64,000 nucleotides of DNA. Source: Massalongia carnosa. Lineage: Eukaryota. Below, one piece after another: positions 1 to 12,365 of this stretch. The stretch is from positions 2,542,001-2,606,000 of the forward strand of contig OZ287067.1 of NCBI GenBank assembly GCA_965645245.1, written 5' to 3'. Position 1 is the first letter of the stretch, and the number at the start of each line of letters is the position of its first letter. Made by a program: the position numbers and the translations under genes. The notes below the pieces were generated by a model. That model was not told the DNA's origin. It saw nothing but the letters and a program-made list of their open reading frames with translations, and ran no database searches.

Positions 1-1213
1 TTCCCCACCAAACCCTCCCCCCGCCCTCCTCCCCATCCCCACCCCCACCCCCAACAGGCACCGGACTCGGCGGCCCAGGAGGAAGATGAAACACAAGACT
101 CCCACCGCCCCGGGCCCCCGCAGCGGCGTGCGGAAGTTGCCAATTACGCGGGGGATAGGCGGAAGTGTTTACGGCGGGGAGGAGGCTGGGGGGGTAGGAA
201 TGGCGGGGTGGAGGTTGCCGGTGAGGGAAGGGAAAGGGGGAAAGGACAGGGGAGAGGGACGGGGAAGAGGACGACGGGGGAGATGGGTTGAGGGGGTCGA
301 ATACCAGCTTCAGAGTTCCGGGTTGCTGGCGCGGGATAGGGGACTGAGATCGTTCCGACCGCGACCATGACCGCACGAGGCGGAGAAGAGAGCCCCGATC
401 CCCGGCCGGTGCGTGCGTTGGCGGCACAAACCGCGGCGGAGCCGGGGCGTACCGCTGCTCTCCCACTGCGGAGCTCCTGGTATGCGCGCCTGACGGGCGC
501 AACGGCAGAATTTGCATCTCGTCCGATCGCTCGGAAACGCCTACACCTCGTTTTGGCTCCGGCGTATAGGCCATGTGCACCTTCGCCGGCAGATACTCGG
601 GTCCCCCTGCGCGGTCTGAACGCGGTTGCACATAGGACTTCGCCGGCGGCACGTAGTGCGCATGGTGGCCTTTTTCCAGCGCGTGCAACTCCTCGTACAG
701 ATCCGCTCGTCCACGCTTGTACTCGCCGTCGCGGTCCCGCTCTCTCGCCGCGTCTCGGTCGCGCTGAGCGCGCTTTTTGCGAGTTGCTTGGAGGACGAAA
801 GCTGCGACCGTGAGAGCGAGGAGAGCGCCGATAATGACCGCCATGGCGAGGACGAAGTTGCGGGGCAGAGGACCGTTCTGGGAGTAGGTGTTGCTTATGA
901 TCATTGTGCCCGCGATGAGGACGGCTGTGAATATGCTGAATGGGAGGATTCGGTGGAGGGAAAGGGTGAGGAGGACATCGAGGTTTGGGAGGGGGGGCGG
1001 GGGGAGCGGAGGGAGGGGCTTTTGACGGGAGGTGAGCATGGGGAGGGGTGGGAGGTGGAAGGCCCGAGGGGCGGGAGTGGTGCCGGGCTCAATGTCACAA
1101 TGGGGCAAGTCGGCGTTGAAGTAGCTGTGTTGTTGAGCAGGGCTTGGGGGTTGGCCTAGAATGTTAGTGGCACGGGTTGCTGGGCGGGTTTGAGGCATTC
1201 ACTGTTACACATG
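1..1213 (-). CDS. Hypothetical Pro-rich membrane protein with two predicted TM segments; 3' end runs off the window
   Basis: Manual translation gives a stop-free minus-strand frame from about 1155 to base 1; it is absent from the ORF track because it has no stop. It includes ILPFSIFTAVLIAGTMII and FVLAMAVIIGALLALTVAAFVL followed by QATRKKR. CTAAC...TAG acceptor at about 1157-1167. Start is uncertain: ATG near 1212 via a short intron, or ATG at 1039. Confidence 0.65.
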
Positions 1214-1808
1214 GGCTGAGAGACTACGATAATGCGGCGATGTTGAGGAAAAAGAAGGACCAAAGACTTGTTATTATCTGTTTTTTTGGAGCTAGCTTTG
1301 CCAAGGCCAAAGGACGATCAAAGGAGTGTTTGACAAAGACTGCTTTCTCCAAAACTGGTTTTGGCTTTGTTCTGCTATGTTCTCTTCCTCTGTAACAACT
1401 CATGATAAGGTTCTTTATTTTATTTTATTTTAAAAAAAAGGGTGCTTGGAGCCTTACAGCATTTCACGACGGTGAAACTGTCTTGAATAATCACTGAAAC
1501 ATTTAAGACGATATTCAAGAGCAGTTGTTGGCTGGTCAAGACCAAACGTTGTGTCACCAATTAATTCATAAAGTGGCAAAAATAGACAAAGGAACTGACA
1601 AAAGGAAAGGAAGGAGAAAGTCGAGCAACGAGGCAAATAGTCGATTCGATGGTCATAGTTACATCTGCAGGAAAAGATCATCAATCTTGAAGAAGGAAAA
1701 ACATAGGTGGTAAAAGCGCTTAATTTGTTGCACACAATGGAAGTAAGATAATCCATGATCTAGCAAGCTGCCGTTAGAGTCACATTTGATGGTTGGACTT
1801 TTCCGCCA

Positions 1809-2771
1809 CTAAGAGATCTTCTTCAAGACTATTGGCCACACGAGCTTGAGGAAAGCGCCGTTTTCCTCCAAGAGCGCTGAAAGAAGCACGTCATTCCCCA
1901 ACGTCTTGATTTCAGTAGCTACATACACAGCCACTAGTTCTCTCAAGTCGTCAAGAGGGACTTCTTGAGCAGAGGTGTTCTCATCGGAAAAGCTGAAGCG
2001 AATCAACCCGATGATGGCGTCGATGCGGAGGCTACTGAGTTTATAGGTAGCCAAGGTCTTGTGGATTTTATGAAGTGTAAGTTTTTTGAGTGCAACGATC
2101 CCGTACTTGTCGGCAAATGCGTAGAGCTGAGCGTGAGCCAGGAAAACGGGGGTATAGTCCCCGGATTCTTTTTCGTTTGGAGGATCGCAAGCGATGTCGA
2201 AGAGCAGCCGCGACATATCCCGTGGATAATTCAATTTCTTGAACAACTTGTCTGACGAAGGCTCAAAAGGCTCTTTCTCTGCTATGGATGCCTTGGATCG
2301 AGTAAATAAGCTAGACTTGTTTGTGTTCGGATCTTCCTTCCAAGTGAATACGGATTCCGTCAGAGACCACGGAGACGCCGAAGAAAAGAGATTGGGAGGA
2401 ACCGCGGCAGCTAGGTTACGGAAGCTCGGAGGAGATAGAGAAAGCTTATCTAATTCCGTGATAGCTTGGCAAGCCGGTGTGGGATAGTCTCCCAGATACG
2501 CATATTGGATGAAGCGAAGAAACGTTTCAACCTCCAAATCATCCCAGATAACGCGTCCCACTTGTGCCTCTACCATGGCACCATTGATAAGATTGTTTAA
2601 AGCATCGGACTGTTCTGCAACAGCGGCAGAGTGGATCTTGAACATTGCCTTTTCTGGGCCGACGATGAACTCGAAAATCCTGGAACGAACGACTCTGTCC
2701 TGGAGGTTATTGAAATATTCCGATGTACGGTGAGGAAAGCAAATCACCAACCGCTTCAGTGGAATAGCCAT
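1809..2771 (-). CDS. BTB/POZ domain protein (fungal type)
   Basis: FEFIVGPEKAMFKIHSAAVAEQSDALNNLINGAMVEAQ...ETFLRFIQYAYLGDY and C-terminal HAQLYAFADKYGIVALKKL are typical of fungal BTB proteins. Start codon (MAIPLKR) and a possible 5' intron are inferred. Confidence 0.85.
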   Translation of the reverse strand: MAIPLKRLVICFPHRTSEYFNNLQDRVVRSRIFEFIVGPEKAMFKIHSAAVAEQSDALNNLINGAMVEAQVGRVIWDDLEVETFLRFIQYAYLGDYPTPACQAITELDKLSLSPPSFRNLAAAVPPNLFSSASPWSLTESVFTWKEDPNTNKSSLFTRSKASIAEKEPFEPSSDKLFKKLNYPRDMSRLLFDIACDPPNEKESGDYTPVFLAHAQLYAFADKYGIVALKKLTLHKIHKTLATYKLSSLRIDAIIGLIRFSFSDENTSAQEVPLDDLRELVAVYVATEIKTLGNDVLLSALLEENGAFLKLVWPIVLKKIS

Positions 2772-4336
2772 TTCCTTCCCAGAAAGCCTGTACGTTGCTT
2801 GCCCAAAGGTTGGAGCCGAGCAGCTGGATGGTAACAATCGAAAAAATGTTGAGGAATCAACAACTAAAGCAATGAGATGATATGTTTTTAATCTTTACAA
2901 AGATCATCGAAAGTGTTGTCTCAATGAAACATATGATGCATTGATGTTGAGATCTCGTAAAGCTCTTGTTTCATTTGCAGCCAAAGGTGCCTCAGCGCCA
3001 CATGTTTTTACAAGATCCGCTTCACTTACTTGCAGAACACATTTTAGAAAAACCGAGAATGGGTTATCCATGAAAAAACCTTCAGGTAACACGATACTCC
3101 CTTCAGATCATCTGGTATTCACATCCTCGACCCTTCCCAAGGTCAGCAAACGAGGATTAATGAGTGGCTTTTGGTTGAAAGTATCAACACAGAAAAATCT
3201 AGAGATGTTTGTCTCAATAAAAACCATAAGATACCTTATCACCTGAACGAATATCTATCGATATGCTCCTCTGTGTTGGGCCGACGTGGCGTTGCTTCAA
3301 CCGAAGTTCTTGATGCTGTTGGCTGACACTAGAGCCTTGCATTGCTGCACCAACAATCAACACCAGTTATTGCCGCTATCAAGCTACTACATGTCAGGAT
3401 GTTCTAGAGCCACAGGGTTCTCGAAGTTGCTCGTATCAAGCCGCTACGTAGCAGTAATCTCGATGACCCGTTATGTTTCAGCCATCTGGATTTCGTAAAC
3501 ACCGAAAAACGACTCAATGTCTGAGAGCCAGCTGGCAAAAGTCCCTTCAATGCTGGGGGGAAATCGCTGGCCAAAATGCATATATGGCATGGTATGGATT
3601 GTATGTACTCTGTACAGAGTAAATTCTGTGAAAGCAAATCGATATCACATGATTGCTTACCTAACCGACCAACTAAGCACGTAGGCAACAAGCTAGGATT
3701 AAATACGGTACGTTACCTTTCTCTGTTCGATTCCCTGATCCAAAACGTTCACCCTTCCTTGATATTTGTAGCCATGGGAGCACTAACTCTACATTTCAAT
3801 CTGCAAGGAGGGCTGTCACTCAAAGCCCAGTTGTATCGAGGTGCGGTACGTGCTTGACTGTCGTGCATGCCGGCATGTTTTAAGTCGCTGAAGTTGACGT
3901 TCCCGCTGTCTATCAACTGTCAAGGATGTATATGCGAGAGAGAGAAGATGAGCCGCCATCTCTCTTAGACCCAACTTTTTGCCAAGGGATGGAAAAGAGA
4001 TTCCTGCCGTGGAAACAGAATACTGCTGGCCAGATTCGCTCGTTTTAACCGTGGATACCCGGCTTCATCATGCAGTTTGACCCTGCATCCATGTCCGGCA
4101 ACCTATCTCTGGAGGGGGTGGTGGATTTTTCTATTCATGCAAACTTTAACATACTACATTCATAGTCTCCGGGAACTCTTATGACAGCGGGCTTCTCTTT
4201 TTGTTTTGCAGATATTCGGAGAGCCGTACTTGAGCTTGCTGACTTCGAACCTAAGCCTGAATTATCGTAGGCTAGCCTGCGATTGTACCCCTTATACTTC
4301 ATTGTTCTCATGCTTTGAACTCTTTCACATATATCC

Positions 4337-5608
4337 ATGAATATGCTTCTCCTTGTTGGCTTTGCGGCACTTCTTGGGGTTCGCTCGATAAATTCTTACT
4401 CTATTATGAAGGCGAATAGCCTTGCCGTGATTAATCTAGAATTACACAGACATGTTCAACATCACCCGAACAAACGGCTTGAACATAACTTACGTCGAGT
4501 AATACACCAAGCAATCGGAAATAACGTAAGAGGGTGTTCGGAATGATTGTTATTCTTAAAAATTTCTGACTTGATTAACCAGATAAACCGGTATTATACC
4601 AAAGTTAACGTAGGGACCAAAAAAGGTGGAATGTCTTCACAAACCATGACTCTGCTTGTGGATACACGCACAAGTGATACATGGCTAAATTCGGTTTATT
4701 CGGACTACTGTCATGACAAGAGCCATGATTGTGAAAGGTATGGAACTTTTGACCCAGCGAGATTGACGACCAGTGCCAAAGGCCCCTTCATCAGCAACAT
4801 CGAATCCAAGTCATCAGCATCAGGATCGTTCTATGAAGACGTGATCAATATCGGTGGCCAGGACGTGAGAAACGTTCAACTTGCCCTTGCTACCAAGAGT
4901 AATGTCCCATATGGTACTCTTGCCATTGGTTATGCGACTAATCAAGCCGGTGCATCTTCCGGTGGGGCAATGTATAAAACGTTGCCTGAACTAATGGTGA
5001 ATCAACGCCTAATCAAGGTTAATGCATATAGCATGTATCTCAACAAGCTCGAGGCAAATCCAGGATCAATCTTATATGGCGGGATTGACCTTGCAAAGTA
5101 CGCTGGAGATCTCACCGTTCTTCCTGTTCAGTTATCAGATGGCAAATACAAGCATTTCATTGTGACCGTGGATCAGATAACATACTCCGGCTCTAAAACT
5201 GGGTCTCGAGACGTCTTACTGGACTGCGGATATGCTAATAATTACCTTCCTATGGAATTTGCGGCTATTATATGGAATGCGGTGAAAGCGTCTAAATGGA
5301 ACGACAGCGCCCCGATGGTGGATTGCGATCTAAGTCAGAGGAATACTGAGACGGTGGATTTCGAGTTTGGTGCAACAAGGATTCAGATTCCTATATCAGA
5401 GCTTGTATACACTAATTCAAAAAGAACCCCTCCGCTGCCCGCGGGCTCTTGTGAATTTGGAATTTGGGCACAAGAGGATGGAAGCCCGATTATTCTAGGT
5501 GATATATTCTTACAAAAAGCATACGTTGTATACGACCTCACCAACAACGAGATCTCCCTCGCACCAGCTGTGACTACAACGAAGACTAACATCGTTGAGC
5601 TTGACTAG
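4337..5608 (+). CDS. Secreted A1 (pepsin/yapsin-like) aspartic protease homologue with degenerate catalytic motifs
   Basis: Signal-like MNMLLLVGFAALLGV; intron 4526-4582 (GTAAGA...CAG) joins exons in frame. Motifs YYTKVNVGT, LLVDTRTSDTW, GSILYGGIDLAKY, VLLDCGY and ILGDIFLQKAYVVYDLTNNEISLA. Confidence 0.88.
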
Positions 5609-5673
5609 AGTAGTGCCAGCGAAGTGCGAGGCTTAGCAGCTGACAAGGTTTTGATAACAGTGCAACTGACAGT

Positions 5674-6639
5674 TTGGAACACGGTAATCGAGCAAGCGAT
5701 AGCTTAACTTTCGATATTCCATCCGAGGATGCAGCAACCGTCAGATTAGCAACTAAAAACCAAGCGGCTGATACTTCAGCAACAAGATATGTTGAAGCAG
5801 GCAGGTTAGTGGTAGAAGAGCCCGTGTCTGATTCTTCGAATCACATAGAGACAATGGCTAAGGAACCTTCCACAGAAACAACTATCAATATCGACACCAT
5901 TCATATCAAAGCCTTCGGCATGGCTTTCAGAATTAGTGGCCAGGAGGAATCTTCAAAAACCGGAATCGATTCAGCCATGACGGTCGAATCGAGCCGTCTA
6001 GATACATCACCAACGTATGACACACCAAAAACAGTAGAAGGAGCGTCTAAGTTCGAAGAAAGCGATACATCTAGAACAGAACAGGATGACGCGAATAGAA
6101 AGCTACAATCGCCAAACCACCCAGAGGAAGCAGATTATGAGGAAACCGGAGAAGTCAGCAGAGCCGATTCACAACAAGACGGTGGACAGGGAGATAACAC
6201 TCTACCGGAGGAAGAATTAGGACACGAGGACCGAATCGCCGAAGCAATGAATCCAATCTCTCTTTCAGATAATATGTTCTATACAGGCGATACCAACCCT
6301 AATACACCAACCTCAGCTACCATTGACAAAACTCTAGGCTCCTTTCAAGAGGGAAGCGCATCCTTGAAGTTTCCAAGCAACAGTAATCCATCTCCAGGTA
6401 CCAAATCCCACCTGGCAGGCTCGACAGGCAAAAAGAATATTAACACGCCAAAACTGACTAAGGAGAGACAAAGTGCCCAAGGTAGGTTCGGTAATGTCAA
6501 AGGAAGCGACAGTAGCAGTGTATTCGCGCTTAGACCAGACGAAAGTTTTAAGCTAGCGGGTGATGCCTCAAGTTTCGTCCGCCGATCGCGAGCCAAGCAA
6601 ACTCGGGATCAGCGCTTGCGCAAAAATTTCAGGGCGTAG
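5674..6639 (+). CDS. Low-complexity Ser/Thr/acidic-rich ORF of unknown function
   Basis: Stop-free frame of about 330 codons starting just after the protease stop, in a different frame; first ATG is at about 5853; no recognisable domain. Confidence 0.4.
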   Translation: MEHGNRASDSLTFDIPSEDAATVRLATKNQAADTSATRYVEAGRLVVEEPVSDSSNHIETMAKEPSTETTINIDTIHIKAFGMAFRISGQEESSKTGIDSAMTVESSRLDTSPTYDTPKTVEGASKFEESDTSRTEQDDANRKLQSPNHPEEADYEETGEVSRADSQQDGGQGDNTLPEEELGHEDRIAEAMNPISLSDNMFYTGDTNPNTPTSATIDKTLGSFQEGSASLKFPSNSNPSPGTKSHLAGSTGKKNINTPKLTKERQSAQGRFGNVKGSDSSSVFALRPDESFKLAGDASSFVRRSRAKQTRDQRLRKNFRA

Positions 6640-8247
6640 GGGCGAGAAATAGACTTGTGTTAGAGGGTGCTTATGTGTAGCTCCGCAGGACGGCAGGAAC
6701 ACACAATGAACATGTACAGGGTACAGAATCCCGCTGAACTGGATCCGGGAATTGGAATATCAGACGTAACTATGCCGGCAATTGGGCTTTAAGGATATGG
6801 ATGCGATTGCAATCTTATTGGCACGAGGACTACTTTGATGGGGGGAAAAATATGATGTATGAATTTACGGAACACCCCATGGCTCTAGACTGGGGAGAAT
6901 GCATAAAAAGGGGCTGAGACCATTATGATACCGTCAAGGAGTGTCGAGAAAATTTTACGCCTGTTGTTAAATAGGTACATACATAGCTGCAAGGAAACCA
7001 CATATGATTCAAGACCCCAATAGATCTTTCACTCTGTGCAGGACCATGGAGATTGGCAACTGTGCGTCTTCGTCCCCACTCCCGGAACGATGGAGGATGC
7101 AAAGAAGGGACTCCATGAGGAATTCCCCCAAAAATTCATATTAAATTCAAGTGGTAATGAATTTCTTCATCAGGGCGACAATGGACTTGTGTTATAAGGC
7201 TGATTGAACGATTGAGCAAAGCGCTCGTGTAAAGCCTAAGCGTATCATGGCTATTTCTCAAGAAAAGTAAAAAGAAAAAAAAGGAAGATCTTCTAGGCCA
7301 GCACATCGCTCCAGACTCTAGAGTATCACGGCTCACATTCCAATCTTCTTTGCAAGATCTGCAAGGCACAACGAAGCAAATCATCCCCCCGGACTCAAGC
7401 CACGGTTCACCGATTTCAGCGGGTTTCTAGGAACCAAAGAAGAGCGATCCCGACCGGACATTCCGACATGAGGAAATGGGATCTCACCCCATAAACTCAA
7501 TTACTTCAGCAAGCTTCGATGTATTATTTGGAAATGATGAGGCAAGAAACTCCTCGGAAAAGGAAAAGTCGGAAAGAAAATACTTCTGACGGGGAACTTC
7601 CCTCAAGCGGGTGTACGAAGGGAATTCCGCAAGAGAGCCAACAACCCAACATACCTTTAGCTTGTGGTTGCACGAAGACCAAGCCTACTCTATACCAGGA
7701 TCGGGAAAGGTGGCTAATAGGCCCGATGGACTAGGATGGGAGAGGTCTTGATAGTTAGAGTGTTGCTTCGCTACTACTTTATAAAGTATCGAACTATTTA
7801 GATCAATTTCTGTTCTTCCTTTCGAGGTACTCCAACTTGAAGACTGAAGGCAAAAATGAGTTTCGGGCTAGTTGTGATGCATCGATGAGGAGGCAGATGT
7901 CTCGAGCAGTCTTACGGTTCAAGAATGGATCAACAACCGCTCGAGAAACTGCTTAAACTATTTCGCGTGCTAGAAGGGTGTTGCTGCGTTTGGATGCATA
8001 AATCTTTCGAAACTTAAGACTGATGAAAACCACGGAATGATTGGACGATGAGGCTCAGTCATGCGTAAATGGGTGGGCGGTGCCTGGTGGTGTCCTACAG
8101 GGCGCTTAACTCATCCAAGCCTTCTTTTTGAGCACTCATTTAACTGAGCTGCTGTTTTGCCTTATTGGTTCTAACATCTCCATCTTCTTGCGATTTTCTT
8201 GTTGAAGCTTTTTCTTGTCGTAATGCTCAGGCGACTGAAGTTTACCA

Positions 8248-9679
8248 ATGGCTTCCCCAAGTGCGCCAGCTGCGAATTGGAAATGGGATCCTTACCGAAC
8301 ACTTGACCTCCGTCCTCAATCCTCTAGCTTCACCTGCATTGGAGCTGCTGCTTCGAAACGGAACGCACGATGCAGATGGTTCATTTGTGACGAAGATTGT
8401 TATGATGCTTGCGCGATTCTGGACTCGATGGCCGAAAGCAATCCGGGATCTTCGGATGTGGACGGTTCATTGGAAGCACTTTCCTATCTGCTTCTGTGCA
8501 AGGATTATCACTCGCACCAAGCGGACGCCAAGGTTGAGGACTGGAGAGAGAGAATTCGTCCCGTGGCGCAGGAGTTCCGTACCAGGCGCAAGATGGTTTC
8601 CCAGATAAAGTCCTTAAAAGCTACCGTTGCCCAGTATGAGCAGGAACCAAGCAGGACGAATGAACTCAATAAGAAAATTGAAGATCTTGAGACGAACGCC
8701 TCTGTGCTTGAGAATCGTATTTCCTTGGCAGAAACCGAACTTCAAACTGCGCGAAAGCTAGGTAAACGCACTCAAAACTCCTAGAAGCTAGTCACACACG
8801 AGTATCGCAGCTAGAGTCTGACCTTCAGACCTGCATTGACCGACATACCGAGGAGCAAAGCATAACCGAGATAGAATGGACCTCCGTCGTATCCAGGCTT
8901 CAAGATGATTTAGGAGAGTCGCAAAGGGACTTGGAAGAGTCGCGCTCCTATCGGAAGGAACAAGAGGCTGGATTTGTCCTTGACCAGTCCTCGGCGTCTT
9001 TGCAGATCTTCACCCTTCATGCAGAGCTAAAAACTACGAGAGCCGATTTGAAGAAGACTCAATCACAGTTGGACTCTACGGAGACCAAGTTTCATGCGCT
9101 TCAGTCATCAACATCCTCTCGACTATCTGAGCTTCAAGCCGAACTAGATACCGCGCAGGCCGAAGCCCACAACCACCAGAGCCAGATAGAATCCAAAGAG
9201 GGGATCCTTCACGCCCAGCAACAGTCAACATCCGCAACCATCGCCACGCTTCAGATCGAGCTCGCAAACACCCAGGCTGATCTCCGGGCATCTCAATTCC
9301 AGCTGACGGAAAACAAAGCTACCCTGCAATCCCACCAATCATCATCTTCAGCCACCATGCTCGAGCTGAGCCAAAAATTCACACACTCCGTAGTCCAGGA
9401 AACTCTTCTGTCAAAGAAAGCTGCCAGCCTAACCGTAGCGCTAAAGGAGGCCAATAATATAATTACAGCACACCAGGTAAAACAACTCCCCATCATTCAT
9501 ATGTACAAAGAACTTCTCATCCACCCACCTACATACATACATACCCATCCCAAGGACAAACCACGCTAACCCCCCTTCTCCTTTCTCAGCAAACCCTCTC
9601 CACGCTCAAGACGCAAGGGGCGAAAGTGGGCCTGGCCGTTATGTTTGTCACGTCGCTGCAGGTTTTCGGCACGCGGTAA
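8248..9679 (+). pseudogene. Frameshifted gene: N-terminal Cys/His domain plus long coiled coil
   Basis: ORFs 8248-8784 and 8931-9569 join if one A is added to CAAAAC at about 8773-8778, giving TQKLLEASHTRVSQLESD. Final intron about 9477-9589 (GTAAAA...CTAAC...CAG); TAA at 9677-9679. Could instead be a sequencing error. Confidence 0.65.
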
Positions 9680-10316
9680 ATTAGATAGGCCATTCGGTGA
9701 GAATTTCAAGAAATTTGTTTTGTCGTACAGCGATATCTTGATACGTATGGGTTGGTCATTTTGGGGGGGGGGAGGCTTTTTTTGTATGTATGTACGAGTA
9801 CGTACTTTTCGTGCGGCTATTGGGCCCCCCGACTCGTAATAGTCCTAATATAGGAGTTTAGGTGGATAGGTAGAGGAGATAGAATAGGTACCTAGATTCT
9901 GAAATATGTATGTATGCACGTAGGGGTAATGAGTTCAAGCCCACTCCTCCTCTCGTCTCCTTCTTTCGCCACCCTCTTCCCTTCCCACCTCTCCCCTTAC
10001 CCTCCCCTCTCCTCTCCTTCCCGCAGCCTCTTCCTCTTTTTCCGGTTTGTTGGTTGGCGGGTGGGTAAGTAGGTGAATACATTTGGAGATGGAGGGAGTG
10101 ATAGATGGAGTGATGAGTGGAGATGGGGAGATGGATATACGTTCCGTCCGTCCGTTCAGCCGTCTATCCGTCCAAGAGATTGCATCTACAGAGAAAGTAG
10201 AGACGGATATCCAGGAGAGCGGAGTATGATGAGTTACAGTACAGCTAACTCGTGGGCACCATCGTGTCGACTGAACATATACATACAACTGGGTTGAGCA
10301 AAGACTCTTTCCCCTG

Positions 10317-10339
10317 TTCTTCTTCTTCTTCTTCTTCTT
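10317..10339 (+). repeat. (TTC)n microsatellite
   Basis: About 7 tandem TTC units read directly. Confidence 0.9.
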
Positions 10340-11313
10340 GTGTAGTTATTTGAAATTGGGTTTCATCCACTATTCATCTCCAACCTTCATCAACTGTTCG
10401 CAATCTGCCTTCACTTGATTGATTTCAACATCATATCCCGCCCTAGCCGAATTTTTTTTTTCAATAAGTTCAATTCTTAATTTTCATTTTTAAAAATAAA
10501 AATAAGCAAACCCGGGTATAAAACTTGGACTGGAGAACGAGCACATAAAGAGAAGATAAAGGAGAACGAGCACCGAGCACAGAACACACAACACAACAAC
10601 TGAATACCAACAACTAATAGAACACTTTCGAAAAATCAAACAAAGAAAGATCCAAACACGGCCTTCCCTCCCCATCACCCCCCCCCCCTCACAAAAACGA
10701 ACATAAAAGAAGAAAAAACAAAAATGTCATAAAATACCGTAAACCCAAAACACAGGCATCAGACATCGGGAACAATCCCCGCCTAGTGAGAAACAACCCC
10801 CCTCCCCCCTCACTCGGGTTTGAAATTTCCCATTCTTTCCTATCCCTTATGCCCATCCTATGTATCTCTCATCCACTTAAAATAAACCACTATTCTAAAA
10901 AAAAATAGAACAAGATGGAATACTCAATGAACGCAGAAGAGTATACCTACCTATATCTCTCATTCATCTAAAAGTTTTCCTTCGGTTCTAGAACGACTCA
11001 GGAACCAAGACAGGGGGGAAACGCCACGGGGGGCGACGGTGAACAATAACCCGTTATTGCACCTAACTAATGGGGATCAACTAACTTGGTTCATTTGTTC
11101 GTGTGCTGGGAAAGGATATATATAAAGGGAACCCGCCGGGCCTTTTTGGGATTATTGTCTTAGTGGAATGATCTCGGTTAGTTCGATCTTTCCTAACAAA
11201 CAGGTTGCTGCCTTCCGCCCATCGAAAACTTTTGTTGTCTCCAGCCACACATGCCCAGACTTCATCCATCAGAGGCTCCTGCTACAAACCTCCACCCCCT
11301 CAATCGAGAAAAC

Positions 11314-11475
11314 ATGTGCAAGCTCTTTGTAAGACGCTACATATGCGGCTGTATCAATGGCGCGTTCAGAGATTGGGAGGTCCACGAAGTCGCAAAAGCT
11401 CGGCATGATGGGTGGTACAGGGGCGTAGTGCTGTGCTCAAGGTCGGGGTGCAAGACTAAAAAGGTAGTGGGCTAA
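11314..11475 (+). CDS. Small Cys-rich protein, 53 aa (MCKLFVRRYICGC...)
   Basis: ATG in AAACATG context; TATATAAA at about 11120; shares its N-terminal pattern with the copy at 12366. Confidence 0.55.
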   Translation: MCKLFVRRYICGCINGAFRDWEVHEVAKARHDGWYRGVVLCSRSGCKTKKVVG

Positions 11476-12365
11476 TGTTGCTGGGAGAAAGGGTGTAGGG
11501 AGAAGTTCTGGAAGCTGCGGGAGGATGAAAGGAGAAGGAGAGGGGAAAGAAGGAGGTGGTGAGGGAAGAGAAGAGAGTCATGAAGATGGAAAGGAAGAAG
11601 AATGAGAGGGAGAGTAGAGGGGCGTCTGGTTGGGGGTGGTTTTGCATTAGAGCCTGAAAGGTTGGGTTTTCAACAGTTGCACCGGAGGACGTTTCAACAA
11701 CTATTCAATAATAATAACTCGTCTAAGCCGATGATTTCGAGAGAGGGAGCAAAACCATTATTTCATCTGGACCTGATTCTAAAGGTGGTTGGCTCGTCTC
11801 TGGGAGATCCCTGAGTTTAGGAGCATCCTCAACCGGGATATCGTTGATAAGTTATGAGTGATGCAAGGTCCTCGTCTGATTTTTCTGAATACGGTACATT
11901 AGTTCAAAAACTGCCACTGTGATAGATTGACTTCAGAAGTGGCACAAGCGGCATCTGTGAGTTCTGGCTTGCTAAGTTCACAACAAGTATAGGTGCTACC
12001 ATCATTCACTAGGAAAACCCCCCCCGTAGGATGTTCACATAACGTGACTGATTTTGCCAAGCGACATAGTCTTCTAGGTCATATAAATTAGCATATTCTA
12101 TTCTATGTGGTGTTCGAACCAGAGTATCTTTTGAGCACTTTTATCTCACAATATTTTTCTCAACATCTTCGCAGAATATATCCTCCAGAGTCCCCGTATC
12201 ATGATACTGGGTCCCTTTCCTCTGGAGACCGAAACACCCCTGAAAACTCGTCATCTCTAATCAGCACAAAGGAATCCAGACATCATCCGGTTCACGCTTA
12301 GTTTATAGCTTCACGAACATATTTAACAATATTTCACGTTATAAGTACTCCATTCACCGTCGCTC

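Noticed and set aside
86..1159. Plus-strand GC-rich ORFs (86-370, 367-813, 626-1159)
   Set aside because: Antisense shadows of the longer minus-strand frame; no protein-like features.
7400..7950. Broken plus-strand reading frames resembling a pseudogene
   Set aside because: No identifiable domain; cannot be distinguished from intergenic sequence by eye.
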